From assembly GCA_965153355.1 (NCBI GenBank), contig OZ231126.1, forward strand, positions 620,001-684,000: 64,000 nucleotides of DNA, in the 5' to 3' direction. Numbering within the stretch: the stretch's first letter is position 1; each line of letters starts with the position of its first letter. Position numbers and translations under genes: made by a program. A model generated the notes under the pieces. It saw only the letters and a program-made list of their open reading frames with translations. It was not told the DNA's origin and searched no databases. Shown here in pieces: positions 30,699 through 43,818 of this stretch. This DNA comes from Flaccisagitta enflata (lineage: Eukaryota).

Positions 30699-30900
30699 CC
30701 AACCAATCAATCAATCAGTGAACCAATCAATGAATCAATCAATGAGTGAATGAATGGATGAATGGATGAATGGATGAATGGATTAATGGATGAATGGATG
30801 TATGGCTGAATGGATGAATGAATGAATGGATGAATGGATGAATGAATGATTGGATGATTGGATAAATGGATGAATAAATAAATGAAAACATGAATTCATA

Positions 30901-30977
<77 letters not shown>

Positions 30978-31113
30978 ACAAAGAAACGAATGATTTGAAA
31001 ATACATCCCGCACCAGTTATTTGTTTCTATTTCATTGTGGGAAAAAAAATTTGTCATTTGTAGAGAAAGACAGCGACTCAAATACTCACAAAAGATTCCT
31101 ATTTCATTTTCAG

Positions 31114-31218
31114 AAAGAGTGGTTGCGAGAAATGTGTGATGCAGTTCTGAGGCTAGATGACTACAACTGCATCATCGTTGGATGGGGTGGAGGAGCCAGA
31201 ACCATTAACTACTTTCAG
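31114..31218 (+). CDS. Lipase exon 2
   Basis: ttttcag|KEWLREMCDAVLRLDDYNCIIVGWGGGARTINYFQ|gttagt. 105 nt, phase 0-0; matches the lipase NCIxVDW segment. Confidence 0.92.
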
Positions 31219-32867
31219 GTTAGTTTGGAATGAAAAGAATGAGAACTATCCATTTATGAATCGTTCTGTCCATTCGGTTGACGTTATCTACACCGCTTTT
31301 AGATCCAACTGTCGCGAAAAGAAGATATATTACACCAAAAATATTCAAAGTAATTAGTTTTTTCTTTTTTGCCCCGGATAGATTATTTGATTAAGTTTTG
31401 CTACAAGCAAAGAATGTCCCACCAACTAAAGAATTTAAGCCTCCTACTTACAATAAATGAATATTGCATGTTTCACATTGAAGGATCTTTTTCCCCAACA
31501 ATTTTTTCCTTACTTTCTTTCATAATTGTCATTTCTACACAAATTGAGCTGAATTGCTGGGATTGGTCTAGAATTTGAGAGAATTTAATGTAAGGAAAAA
31601 ATGTTCACTGATTTTTATTTTGAACAATTTTCAGACAATTTTTCAAAACTTTCCCTAATCTTGTGGTTTTTGCGGTGTTTTGGGGTCAAAATCAATTATT
31701 ACTGCATTAAATAAGTCAAATCTTTTAGTATTTTTAACAAAACTTCATTAATTCCTCATAACCAACACTGTAGGACCACTCTTGTTGCAAAAAAGAGGCA
31801 CTGCTGCTATCTAACCTCATTTTTTCCATGAGAAAAGGCTATTTTTAGCTGAAATCGACTAATTTTTGTCATGAAATTTAGAGCAAATGTATCAGCACTG
31901 GGGCTTTAATTCTTTTTTGTAACAAAACTTAATCAAATTATCTACCACAGAAAAAAAAGAATCACGTGGTTGTCTTAAGTATTTTATGAGTAATACATCT
32001 TCTTTTCGCGACAGTCCGATCTAAAAGCGGTGTATCTTTCCATTTCGTAATTCAGTGCCCATTCGTCTTTGGTAAATATTCAACATTTGTAAATTATTAT
32101 CACTCTTAAACATCCATAAGCCATGTTTCGTGACCAACCAAAACACAGAGCGACGGACAGACGGACAGATGGACAAATAGACAGACGGATGAGAGGTAAC
32201 CATTTGAATCACATGAAGAAGATCAAGGGCAAAAATGTTATTAGCGTTTGGTCAACACAGGAACAGATGGTCCTCGCGCACAAAACTCGCAAATTGAGGC
32301 TTCAATTTCCTTTTTTAACGACATTTACTTTCTATGCCGTCGCCGTTTAAGAAATGGTCATTACATGACCAACGCTGCCTTCTCTACCACCACCACTTTC
32401 TTTTTTTAACGACAATTACTTTCTACGCCTCGCCAATCAGAAATGATTTACCGTAAGAATGGACGTCACATAACCATTGCTACCCCACTTCCCTTTCCAC
32501 CACCGCCAATTTCCTTCTATAACGACATTTACTTTCTACGCCGTCGCCATTTAAGAAGTAGTTTACCGCAGAAATGGGCACCACAATACCACTGCTAGCA
32601 CACTGTCTTTTCTACCACCACCACTTTTTGCCATCGCATTCAAGGCTACCACTTCCTTCGCTCTACCAGACATTTGTTATTTTCCATCATCGGTGCCACT
32701 TACACTTCTTTCATTTTTCATATCGTCCTTGTATTGCATTGCTAATACCCAAACGCCACAGATACCGCTGTCATGACCATGCTTAAAACCACAGCGCAGA
32801 AAAGTGGATGCAAAAGCCTACGTAGCCACCCTCTAAAAAAGCTCTATTTGGAAGTGTCCAATACTTA

Positions 32868-33176
32868 GGGGGCGTTTCTAGTCAGAGATAATCGCGTTTT
32901 AACGGGCCACTCGGTCGCCCGCCACATTTGTTCGCTCGCATCGCTCACTCCGCTCACTCCGCTCACTCCGCTCACTCCGCTCACTCCGCTCACCCTGCTC
33001 ACTCTGCTCACTCGCTACGCAGCGCTCCGCTTTGCTAAGCTTGCTACGCTCACTCGCTCAATTCACGGGCTTGCTCACTACCTCGTGGGACAGTTGAAAT
33101 TCTTGAATATGTGTTCACGCTGTAAACGCGTTCAATGGGAACAAACGCGTTTTTGGTCGCCAGTAGAAACACGCCC
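32868..33176. mobile_element. MITE of the same family as 44295-45144
   Basis: Ends gggggcgtttctag and tagaaacacgccc, with internal (gctcactcc)n repeats. A fragment also lies at about 41660-41737. Confidence 0.7.
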
Positions 33177-35079
33177 TCATGCACCATTTGAATCCTGCAC
33201 TTGATTTTAATGGCGCGCAACGTCCATTCTTTGTGGTCTTTGTAATTACGAGGTTTCCAATGCCCGCCAGCGAATTTCCCCTTTACGATGAGCTTGGAAG
33301 ATGAAATCAGGTCTTGAATTACGGATTGAATTACAGATTGCCTCATAGCCTCATTTCCTGTCAACCTGGCTCTTGTTCCAATCAGAAATTGATATCGTCG
33401 ATCCAGGTGTAAGAGCGTTAGGACTCGCAATAGTCAACTTTTACTAGCTAGTTAACTGGTTAAGATTCTGAAAACCCCTATAGTTAACCATGCGAAATTA
33501 ACTAATTAAAACAGTAAATGATTTTTATGGAAAAATGGGGAAAAATGACCTTTTTTTTCCTTTAAATCACATCATTTTTTTATAAATTTCTATTAAATTC
33601 TTAGTAGATTTTTAATAAATTTTTAGTAATTTTTCTGTAAATTTTTAGTAAATTTTTTTGACATTAAGAAAGAATACTTGGATGATAACACAGAAACATG
33701 GAAACTTGAGGATTTTTAGCCTCAAACAGTAAAATCAATGCTAAAACTAAAACTAAATAATAACAATTTTCTGTAAATTCTGCCTCTTTTAAGGTAAGAC
33801 AGTGGTCTTCCGAAGGCAACATTTGTGTTTCATCGGGGGCCAAAATAAGGAAATGAAAATCTGTAAAACTGAATGATTATAATAAAATAATCATTGAAAT
33901 AAGTCACAATAATATTTTTTTGCATGCTTTGCACTTATCAACAAAAAAGAACCTAATTAAGATAAAATTGATGAAGAAAATTTACTGCAAATTACTAAGA
34001 ATTTCATTTTTGGTCAGTGACCAAGGGGCGGTTGAAACTATAAATTTGCATAGAAAATGAAAAAATGAATAAATGAAAAACATAGTTCTCCTTAAAAATC
34101 ATTTACCGAGAGACCTATGTTTTTGGAAATGCAAAATTTCCTTTCATTAGAGAGTAATATAAATTCAACCGCAGGCAAGAACAGAAAAATGTAATCAAGA
34201 TTTTATAAAAATCCTTGATTCTCTTGACTATTTTCAGGTGAATTGCATAGTTAAGATTACTTTTGAGGTCTAAATATGATAAAAATGTATACATAAAGTG
34301 TCTATAGAGATAATTTGTCTTCTTAAAACATTTGAGGATCATCATTATCCTGATACTGATGTATGGTGAAACGCTTGATTTTCCTTCAAAAAATTGCCGT
34401 CGTAAATTCTTTAAGACAGCGTGCCCACGAAGCCAACATTTAGGGTATCAAAATGGGTCAAAATAGAAAACATACATGAGTGTAAACAGAAAATCAAGTG
34501 AATAAAAATGATTGAGATAAGACATGCATGATATTTGAAAGTAAAATTTGCATCCATTCAGCAAAAGACTAAGATCTAGCCTATGTTATTGAGGAAGATT
34601 TACGTAAAATTTCTACAAATTTCCTTTTTGTCACTGACAAGGGGTTGGTCGAAATTATAAGTTTGCATAGAAAATGAAAAAATGAAAAAAACAAAGAACA
34701 TAGTTCTCTTTCCAAATCGTTTTTTGAGAGAACTATGTTTTTGAAAATGCAAAATTTTTTTGGTTGTGGCTTTCTTATAATTTCGACCTCAGAAAATAGA
34801 AAAAAATGTCAACAAAATTTTACTAAAAATCTTCATTTTCTTGTCATTTGCCGTGAGCATTGCTAATCAAAAAGCATCTTAAAGCGTAAAATATGAAACA
34901 GACATACATAATAAGTGTATCCAGTGACAACTTGAGCAATGAAAACATTTGTGGATAAATAATTAGTCCATTATTGATGCAAAAGTGGGGTGAAGCACTT
35001 CATTTTTCCCTGGCAGATTTGACGTCTTAAGTTTTTTAGCCAGTTAACTAGCATAATTTGTAGTAAATTAACTATTAAC

Positions 35080-35430
35080 TACAGTGGAACCCCGCAATAA
35101 CAGCCTCGCTTTTAAAGTTTCCCCATCAATAAAGGTCAACATTTTGAGGTCCCAAATGGTACCAATGAGGCGGGGTCCTACTGTGGTTAATTTGAAAACC
35201 TTAACTATTGCGACTCCTAAAGGGCCTGTTTTTAGTGATGACAACAATCAAAAGTACAGTAGGACCCCGCCTCATCGGTCTCATTGAGACTGAAGATTTT
35301 TCACCTTTATCTCAGGGTAACCTTTATAGAGAAATGAAATCACATTAAAAACTACCATTTGGGACCTCAAAATGATAACCTTGATGGGGAACCTTTAAAA
35401 GCGAGGCTGTTATTGCGGGGTTCCACTGTA
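35080..35430. mobile_element. Two inverted copies of a short Tc1/pogo-like MITE
   Basis: tacagtggaaccccgc...gcggggtcctactg (35080-35186) and tacagtaggaccccgc...gcggggttccactgta (35255-35430). Related cagttgaaccccg ends occur at about 35650 and 43563-43735. Confidence 0.65.
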
Positions 35431-35850
35431 TTCCCATTTATGTTGTTGACACTGTGAATACAAATTTCTAAATTTCAACGAACCCACGTTGGAGTGAGCG
35501 GGGTGAGTGAGCGAGGTGAGTGAGTGAGTGAACCCTGGAAAAGAATGAGCAAACAGAGTGAGCGGTGCGATGGGAAGACCTTGATGTGTATCAGCAAACC
35601 CAGCAAGAATGTTTCATGTTGGCAAAAAAAAAAAAAGAAGATATCATTACAGTTGAACCCCGTTATAACGGATATCAACAAATTCTCTGCGCCATAAAAG
35701 CCCATCTGTTCGTGTTCGTGATCCGACCAAAAGCGTGTTATCAAATTACTCTGCCTCTTGCCCTACTTTTTTCCTGAGATTTACATCCCACTTTTTATGT
35801 TCCTCTCCGTTTATTTACAATTCTCATTCCGCTTCACGCTGAGAGAATGA

Positions 35851-35915
<65 letters not shown>

Positions 35916-35929
35916 GCAACAGCAACAGC

Positions 35930-35988
<59 letters not shown>

Positions 35989-36200
35989 AAACAACAACAA
36001 TGACATCAACAACAATACAAAACAACAACACAATAATAACAACAACAACAACAATAACAACAATAACAACAACAACAACAATAACAAATAAACAACAAAA
36101 CAACAACAACAATAACAACAACAACAACAACAACAACAACAATAACAACAACAATAATAACAACAATAACAACAACAACATAACAACAACAACAGCAATA

Positions 36201-36236
<36 letters not shown>

Positions 36237-36354
36237 AACAACAACAACAACAACAACAATAACAATAAATAACAACAACAATAATAACAACAACAACAAT
36301 AAAAACATAATGTTAATCATTCAAAAATCCGGTCTCGGTGGTTCTCTCTCACCG

Positions 36355-36429
<75 letters not shown>

Positions 36430-36743
36430 GTCTGTCTATCTACCTGTTTGTCTCTCCATCTCGTCTGTCTGTCCATATGGTCTGTCTATCTGTCTTTTTT
36501 CAGTATGGTCGATATCTCTCTATAATCCCATTTTTTTCGGTTTATCTATTTCTTTGTGTCTGTCTATCTGTCTATCCGTCCAATCATTTCTCTTTCTCTC
36601 TGTCTATCTATTCATCTTTCTGTCTCTCTCTCTTCCTTATCTACGTCCTACACCTTTTTTCAGCGTATCTATTTTTGTGTGACTGTCTTTCTGTCTCTTA
36701 TCATCTTTCTCTCTCTCTCTCTCTCCCTTATCTATCCATCCAG

Positions 36744-37002
36744 GCGATGTCCAACTCTCGCGTTGTTGGCGCTGAAGTCCAACTTCTCGTCGACTCATTG
36801 GCCAATTTTGGCGCCACTCGCGACTCCTTCTGGTTGGTCGGCCATTCCTTAGGAGCCCATATCATGGGCTTTGTGGGCAGGAGAGCTCCCGGCATTGGCA
36901 GGATCACTGGGCTGGATCCCGCTAGTCCGGGTTTTGAAGGGAAACCGGAGGCGGCGAGACTAGACTCGAACGACGCGCTGTTTGTTGATGTAATTCATAC
37001 TG
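36744..37002 (+). CDS. Lipase exon 3 (catalytic Ser and Asp)
   Basis: atccag|AMSNSRVVGAEV...LVGHSLGAH...RITGLDPASP...LDSNDALFVDVIHT G|gtgagt. Contains the GxSxG nucleophile elbow and the LDPA catalytic Asp. Confidence 0.95.
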
Positions 37003-37115
37003 GTGAGTGCGTGCATGTCATGTTTGTGAGGCTGTATGCATGCGTATGCTTGTATCTGTAGCATGTGTGTGATTGAACAGTGTTATTGTGTGTGTGTGTG
37101 TGTGCGCGTGTGTGC

Positions 37116-37199
<84 letters not shown>

Positions 37200-37279
37200 A
37201 TGAGTGTGTGTGAGTGTAACAGTGAATAATTTAGTATTGTTATTGTTTCCATCATCATCAATCCTATATTCTTTTGCAG

Positions 37280-37442
37280 ATGTGGATGGATTGGGCGCTG
37301 CCGAGCCAATGGGTCACGTGGACTTTTACCCAAACGGTGGTCGAAATCATCCCGGATGTCACAAAGTTGACCCGGATCCTGAAGAGGGATTCCTGGCAGG
37401 AGCCAAACGGGCCGTCGTTTGTGATCACAAGAGAGCTCATAG
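37280..37442 (+). CDS. Lipase exon 4 (lid and catalytic His)
   Basis: ttgcag|(D)VDGLGAAEPMGHVDFYPNGGRNHPGC...VVCDHKRAH AG|gtgagt. Phases 1 and 2 fit the neighbouring exons. Confidence 0.95.
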
Positions 37443-38276
37443 GTGAGTTGTCTTTGATCTTTGTCGTCAAGAAAACGTCATAAATAAGTTGATTTTTGAA
37501 ATCCTTTCTTTCCTCTAATCAAATTATTTATTCCTTCTTTATTTTTACCAATCATTGATGGGCCATCAAAACAGTCAGTTCTTGATACAGTCGAACCTCG
37601 CTTGAGCGCACCTACTTATATGGCATTTCCGCATATAAGGCATGAAGTTTTCAGTCTCTTGAAAAAAAAATTGATATTCATTTCTATATTGGCTTTAAGC
37701 CAGCTTCGCTATAAAGCATGATTTTGTCCAGTCTTTTGACATTGTCAAGGGATTGGACATGCGCTCTAGTAAAGCTGAACTGTAGTTGAGTTCATTTTAG
37801 TTAAGCTAAGAAGCCAATCTCTGATACTTTTCTTTCTAACCCCAAAAAAACTACTTTGAAAAATTCAGAGCTTCAGTTTACACTTTCAATAGATAATTTT
37901 GGCTGTTTTGAATTCTGATTGTTGTTAGGCTTCATTGCCTTATCCTCACTACGGCTTTCCATCATTATTCAACCTCTTTTGCAAATCGTTTATCTTCACC
38001 CCCTCCCATTCCCCCTTTTCCCTTCCCATTCCCCCTTTTCCCTTCCCATTCCCCCTTTTCCCCTCCCATCCCCCCTTATCCCCCGTCCCCCCTCACCCCC
38101 TTACCCCCTCCCATTCCCCCTTTTCCCCTCCCATTCCCCCTTACCTTCTCCAATCCCCCTTTTCCCCTCCCATTCCCCCTTACGTGCCCCCATCCCCCCT
38201 CACCCCCTCTCATCCCCCCTACCCCCCCCCATTCTCCCCTCTGCCCCCCCCCCCCCGGCCATCATCTCGTTACAAG

Positions 38277-38556
38277 GTTTTTCATCGACTCCATCTTGGG
38301 CAAAGCCGAGAAACGTCCTTGTCAATTCAAATCCCGCACTTGCGCTAACGAGACGGCTTTCTTATCCGGTCAATGCCTTCGTTGCACCAACCGGAACTGC
38401 GTGTCCTTTATGGGACCGGATGCCGTCAAGATGCGCAGCCGCAACTTTTATTCTTCCGTGAAGGCGTTTCTGCTGACGTTGGACGCGGCTCCGTACTGCG
38501 CAGAAAACTATTTCCTGTTTTCGGTTCGGTTGAGACCGGATTTTAACTTGCAAAAG
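38277..38556 (+). CDS. Lipase exon 5
   Basis: After a C-rich tract, tacaag|(R)FFIDSILG...CQFKSRTCANETAFLSGQCLRC...FMG...FLLTLDAAPYC...LQK|gttggt. The Cys pattern matches the end of the lipase catalytic domain. Confidence 0.88.
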
Positions 38557-39012
38557 GTTGGTAAATGACATGTTAATAAAAGACGGTGCATGAATTACCA
38601 TTGACTTTAATCATGTTGATTTTATGTCGATTCTTATCGTCTAAGAATAATCAAATTAAAGTACCTTGTATCTGGATAAGGTCATTTCATAGAATAAAGG
38701 ATTTGATTCAATTTCTTTCCTCTCCGAATTGAGGAAGACAATTGGGACAATGTTGATCATTCTCTCGATCTTTGCATTCATCCATATTTAGAACATTCAT
38801 CCATATTCTGTTAGTCTCAGAACCTTTGCAGCCGCCTTCAAAAATCTTTGATAGTCTGAAGTGTCATGTGAAAAAGTTTTTTTTCTAAATTTTTAGGTGC
38901 GCCAAAGCACCTCTATGATAGCTGTGTCTGTCGGTCGGTCAGTCTGTCGGTAACGCATCACGACGATCCACCCGGCGCACCTTATTGGTTTCTCTATCAC
39001 CATCTCTATCAG

Positions 39013-39697
39013 GGTCAAATCTTCCTGCATCTGACGCTTGAAAATGGCGAAGAAGAAGAGAGAGAAGTGACTTTGACTCCTCACAATGAAATCAAACCTT
39101 AAAGTGTCATTCGTTATATTCATTTTTAGGGTCAAATTTTCCTTCATCTGACGCTTGAAAATGGCGAAGAAGAAGAAAGAGAAGTGACATTAACTGCTCA
39201 CGATGAAATCAAACCTTAAAGTGTCATTCGTCATATTCATTTTTAGGGTCAAATCTTCCTTCATCTGACGCTTGAAAATGGTGAAGAAGAAGAGAGAGAA
39301 GTGACTTTGACTCCTCACGATGAAATTAAACCTTAAAGTGTCATTCGCTATATTCATTTTTAGGGTCAAATCTTTCTTCATCTGACGCTTGAAAATGGCG
39401 AAGAAGAGGAAAGAGAAGTGACTTTGACTCCTCACGATGAAATTAAACCCGGAAGTGTCATTCATTATATTCATTTTTAGGGTCAAATTTTCCTCCATCT
39501 GACGCTTGAAAATGGAGAAGAAGAGGAAAGAGAAGTGACTTTGACTCCTCACGATGAAATCAAACCTTAAAATGTCATTCGTTATATTCATTTTTAGGGT
39601 CAAATCTTCCTTCATCTGACGCTTGAAAATGGCGAAGAAGAGGAAAGAGAAGTGACTTTGACTCCTCACGATGAAATTAAACCTGGAAGTGTCATTC
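39013..39697 (+). repeat. Six-copy 117-bp tandem array containing a splice acceptor and the start of lipase exon 6
   Basis: GGTCAAAT starts at 39013, 39130, 39247, 39364, 39481 and 39598 (exact 117 spacing), each preceded by AG. Confidence 0.95.
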
Positions 39698-39771
39698 AAA
39701 AAGTCGTTGCCATGAAAGCGGACATTCTTCAGCCAGCAAATGAGCCGCCGACTTTTGGACTTGAAGCGCCG
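39598..39771 (+). CDS. Lipase exon 6 (PLAT domain start; last copy of the 117-bp array)
   Basis: tttttag|GQIFLHLTLENGEEEEREVTLTPHDEIKPGSVIQKVVAMKADILQPANEPPTFGLEAP|gtaaaa. 174 nt, phase 0-0; the only array copy without an in-frame stop. Confidence 0.75.
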
Positions 39772-40748
39772 GTAAAATTTGCCCCCGCATGAATCAAAAT
39801 GTTGATGAGAGAATCTACGCATCGCATTTTCATCGGACAGAACCACTGTGTGCAAGGACAATGTTTGTAAACATAGATAGAGCAAATGTGTCACCAATTG
39901 TCACAGAGATGTGGAAGCGATTGACCGCTTCCATTTTGTAGTTCAAAAACTAGTAGCTATCCCACCCACCAAAATGGAAGCGGTAGCGGAAGCGGAAGCG
40001 GTGGAAGCGGCATGAAAACATCCACATCCCTACCAACTGAGCAATCAACTAAAGAAGGCGTCATTTTAGGATAAGGCTTAAGAAAAGGAGCTCTCAATGG
40101 GAACTCAGGTTCAACAAGGACTATGTTTGGAAACATAGATAAAACAACTAACTAGTCATCCAAGGATCGCACATGCTGGAAGTGATCCAGTGAAGAAGTG
40201 GAGTGAGAGCAGGGCAGCGGCTCCAAAGGGCTGAGGTCCTGTAGTACACAGGGGGGAATTTCCAGACTTCCTTAGATGACTGATTTAGGCCACTGAAGCT
40301 GTATTTGAAGGCTGGACGGCAGAATCAAGGCTTGGAGAGCAGATTTGAGGTTTGGAGGGCAAATATGAGCCTCAGAGGGCTAATTTGATGCTTGCAGGGC
40401 AGAGTTGAGGTCTGGAGGTCAGAATTGAGGCGGGGGGGGGGGGGGCGATTAGAATCTTGGGCTAGATTGAGGGCTGGGAGGGTAAATCTGAGGCCTTGAT
40501 GGCCTAGGGGGGGGGGGGACAGAAGGACGAACAGACGGAAGGACGGAAGGACGGACGTCTGGAAATTCCCCCCTTTATTCTACAGGACATTGGCCCTTTG
40601 GGACCGCTGCCCAAAAAGGTGCCATTTTAGGCTTACTGGTCAGGAAAAGGGACCCCCAATGCTACACTTATGCAATTGTCTGCGTTTCGAAATCTCACTG
40701 TCTCGGCCTAAATAATTCATTTTCATTGAATTTAAACATTTGTGCCAG

Positions 40749-41180
40749 GTGCTGGATAATGGCGCTGGAAGTGAAAACAACAACAACAACAATTACAACA
40801 ACAACAACAACAACAACTACAACGCGTTCCGTCGTCCATTTTTGCGCGTGAAGATTCGTTTCAGGCACAATTGGGGCTCCTCTTCCGTGTCTTCTTGGTA
40901 CGACAGAAGTCTCATCAAAATCCAGTCAGCTTCAGTCCAAAAACTCTCTTCAGTCGGCGGAAGTCAAGTCGGGGCCGAAAAAATGAGCTTCTGCCCAATT
41001 TCTGGGACTGTGTCCTCCACTTGGGTGCATATGGCTGATTGCGTGGATCTAGCGCCGAGTAGAGATGGAGGGAGAGGAGTAGGAGGAAGAGTTGGAGGGA
41101 GAGTTGGGGGGAGAGGGGGAGGAAGAGGAAGAGGGGGATCAAGAGGAGGGGGAAGAATCAGAGGAAGGGTTAGAGGTTGA
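40749..41180 (+). CDS. Lipase exon 7 (PLAT domain end plus RGG tail)
   Basis: gccag|VLDNG...poly-N...FLRVKIRFRHNW...KMSFCPISG...ADC, then GGR repeats to TGA. The seven exons sum to 2268 nt (755 aa + stop). Confidence 0.75.
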   Translation: MLDNGAGSENNNNNNYNNNNNNNYNAFRRPFLRVKIRFRHNWGSSSVSSWYDRSLIKIQSASVQKLSSVGGSQVGAEKMSFCPISGTVSSTWVHMADCVDLAPSRDGGRGVGGRVGGRVGGRGGGRGRGGSRGGGRIRGRVRG

Positions 41181-42989
41181 GGAGGAGGGAGAGGCGGAGG
41201 GAGAGGGGGGCGGGAGGGTTGGCAGGAGAGTTGAAAGGATAGTAGGAGGGAGTGGTGGAGTGAGAAGGGGAGGGAGTGGGGGAAGGAGAGGTGGAGGAAG
41301 AAGGAGAGGAGGGGGGAAAGGGGGAGGAAGAAATGGAGGGAGTAAGAAGGGGGACTAGAGGTAGGGAAAGAGTGAGAGGAAGGATTAGAGGTTGATGAAT
41401 GCCAATACCCAGCAGAAACAGAGGAAGAAGAAGAGGAAGAGGTGGAGGGAAAGGGGGAAGAATAAGAGGAAGGGTTAGAGGTTGATAAATGCAAATACCC
41501 AGTTGGGAGGAAGAAGTGGATGGAGAGGGTGAGGAAGTGTCAGATTGGGAAGAGATGGAGGGTTAGGTGGGACAGAGGGTGGGGGAAGGATGAGAGCGAG
41601 GATTAGAGGTTAAAGAGGGAGGACACATGCAACGCAATGGGAACTAAGTGGAGGGAGAGCGGTGTTAGCAAACGAACATTGCGAGCGACCGAGTGGCCCG
41701 TTAAAAACATGATTGTCACTGACAAGAAACGCCCCCTCAGAAGTACATTGTGGTTGTTTCCCCCTTGTTTTAATTTGACTGTTCTGATTGCTGTTATTCA
41801 ATGTTTAAAAAAAAAAAAAAAAAAAAAAAAACATCTGGGCACTAACATATTGTCCCAGTAGCGGATTTCTTGTTCATCAAAAATATTTTTTGCTCATCAG
41901 CTGTATTAAGAACTAGCTAGGTATCTGAATCAACAGTCTGTTTCACCAGTGCAACAAAAAAAAAATCCGTCCTCATTGTTCAAACATTCATTATTGAAAG
42001 TTACAGGTTACAATACAGGATTTTAATAAGAAAAAATACGAGATTGATGGACAAACCAATGGAAAAGGCATAACAAAGCGAAAATGAATTCATATGCATA
42101 CAACTTTCATTGTGCTATTTTACAAAGTCACAAATATTGGGTTTCGGGCCAGCTTATGCGTAGATAAAGTTTAAAAAAAACGAGGCCGGATACTTGGCTA
42201 CCCCAGGCGCATGCGGGTGGGTAGGAGCAGTGCTGGAGAAGGTCACTAGGATATCTGGGCAGAAGCTGTTTGCTCAAATAGCTCAAAAACGCCAAGAAAG
42301 TAAAAAGGGGACCGACCAACCGACCAACCGACCAACCGACCAACCGACCAACCGACCAACGGACCGACATAGCAGGGTTTAGAGTCGCATAGCACGCAAC
42401 TAAAATGCTACTGACCTCAACTTGGGCTCGCGTAGCACGCGATTAAAAAAGAAAAATATGATTACTGAAGAAAGGAAACAGAAAAAAGCGAGTGTATAAA
42501 AGCGTTTGTTGATTAGTGTTTGTTGATTAGGTATGTAACTAATTGTCTATTTAAAACAATATCTAGAAAGCCTGATGAAATCTAGGACCATGGTAAGTCA
42601 TTCTCTAAATCATGGAACCAATAACATGAGGTTTCTCTGCCTTAAGTTGTCAAGATTTAAAATTATGCGAGACCTTACTACTTGAATGCCAAATTAGCAG
42701 GTGGACATGTCCAACAGAGATATAATCCCTTTAGGACTTGAACACTTAAGACACAGAGCTTAGTTCTATTTTCACTCAAGCGCATGCCACGGGATTGGAT
42801 AAGATGGTTCCTTATGATAAAGCAGCTTCATTGCTCATATAGAAATAAACTAAATATTTACTTATGGGACTGAAAGTTCTGTGCTCTATAGGCGGGCATG
42901 CCTTAATAGCGGGTGCGCCCAAGCGGGGCTCCACTGTACTCAGATAAATGAGATAATGAGTCCCTCATAATTTCAAGTCTAAAATATCT

Positions 42990-43318
42990 TTAAAGCAAAG
43001 TCTTTTTGCGCATCTCCATGGCATTCATGTATCTTCTGTGAAGTCTATCCTGAACATCTCTTCTTTCATTTCTGCCATTCTTTTGAGGATCAATGGCTTC
43101 TCCCAGACAACCACCTTCTTCAGTTTTGTCTTCAAAAACGGCGTCCTTGCATTTTCTCTCGGCTTTGTATCTTCCAAATCTATGCCAAGACCATTTGATG
43201 AGACGAAGTGGATAAGCGATCAAATTCATGGGCGGTTGGACTGTGAAACCCATACGGATTAGTCGCAATCGAAGACGAACTTTAGATGCTTTCCAGTGTA
43301 TGTTGGCCGATTGATTAA
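42990..43318 (-). CDS. TRPC-like channel, exon 5 (TRP domain and C-terminus)
   Basis: ctttttag|(V)NQSANIHWKASK...TVQPPMNLI (cf. EWKFAR and LPPPFNII)...DRLHRRYM, stop TAA. With exon 2 ending at 58633 the total is 3633 nt, about 1210 aa. Confidence 0.88.
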
Positions 43319-43818
43319 CTAAAAAGAACAAAATTCGCAATGGTCAGTGGTACAGTTGAGCCCTGTAATAGCGTCAACGTCAAGGGACTAGCAAATAATA
43401 TCTGTTATAGCTAAATTTCTATTATTCTATTATTGGCAACAATTAAAATAATAAGTGAGTCTTAACTCGTAGTGAATCATGATAAATCGTGGGAAACAAT
43501 AAGGCCTGTTAGGTTTGGGATTAAGGCTTTTGGCCATGATGATTCTTACATCAAAGCCAAATACTGTTGAACCCCGCTCTAACAGGGGACCCACAATTTT
43601 CCTCTGTTATAAGCGGACTTCTGTTATTGCCAACAACGGCAATAAAAGAAGATAATTTGAAGGGACAATGAATTTGCATGTGTTATAGGCGGAATTCCGT
43701 TGATGGCGGGTCCGTTAATGCGGTGTTCAACTGTAGATGATTCCCCAAATGTCATTAGCCCCTACAAGGTCACTGCCCCAAAATCGTACCGTGCAATCCC
43801 ATGAATATCATCACTTAC

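Noticed and set aside
39190-39897. 235-aa minus-strand repeat ORF
   Set aside because: It is the antisense shadow of the 117-bp array. Splice signals and lipase homology are on the plus strand.
41180-42990. Functional link between the convergent lipase and TRPC-like genes (lipid gating)
   Set aside because: Adjacency alone is no evidence in an animal genome, and this is a pancreatic-type lipase rather than PLC or DAG lipase.
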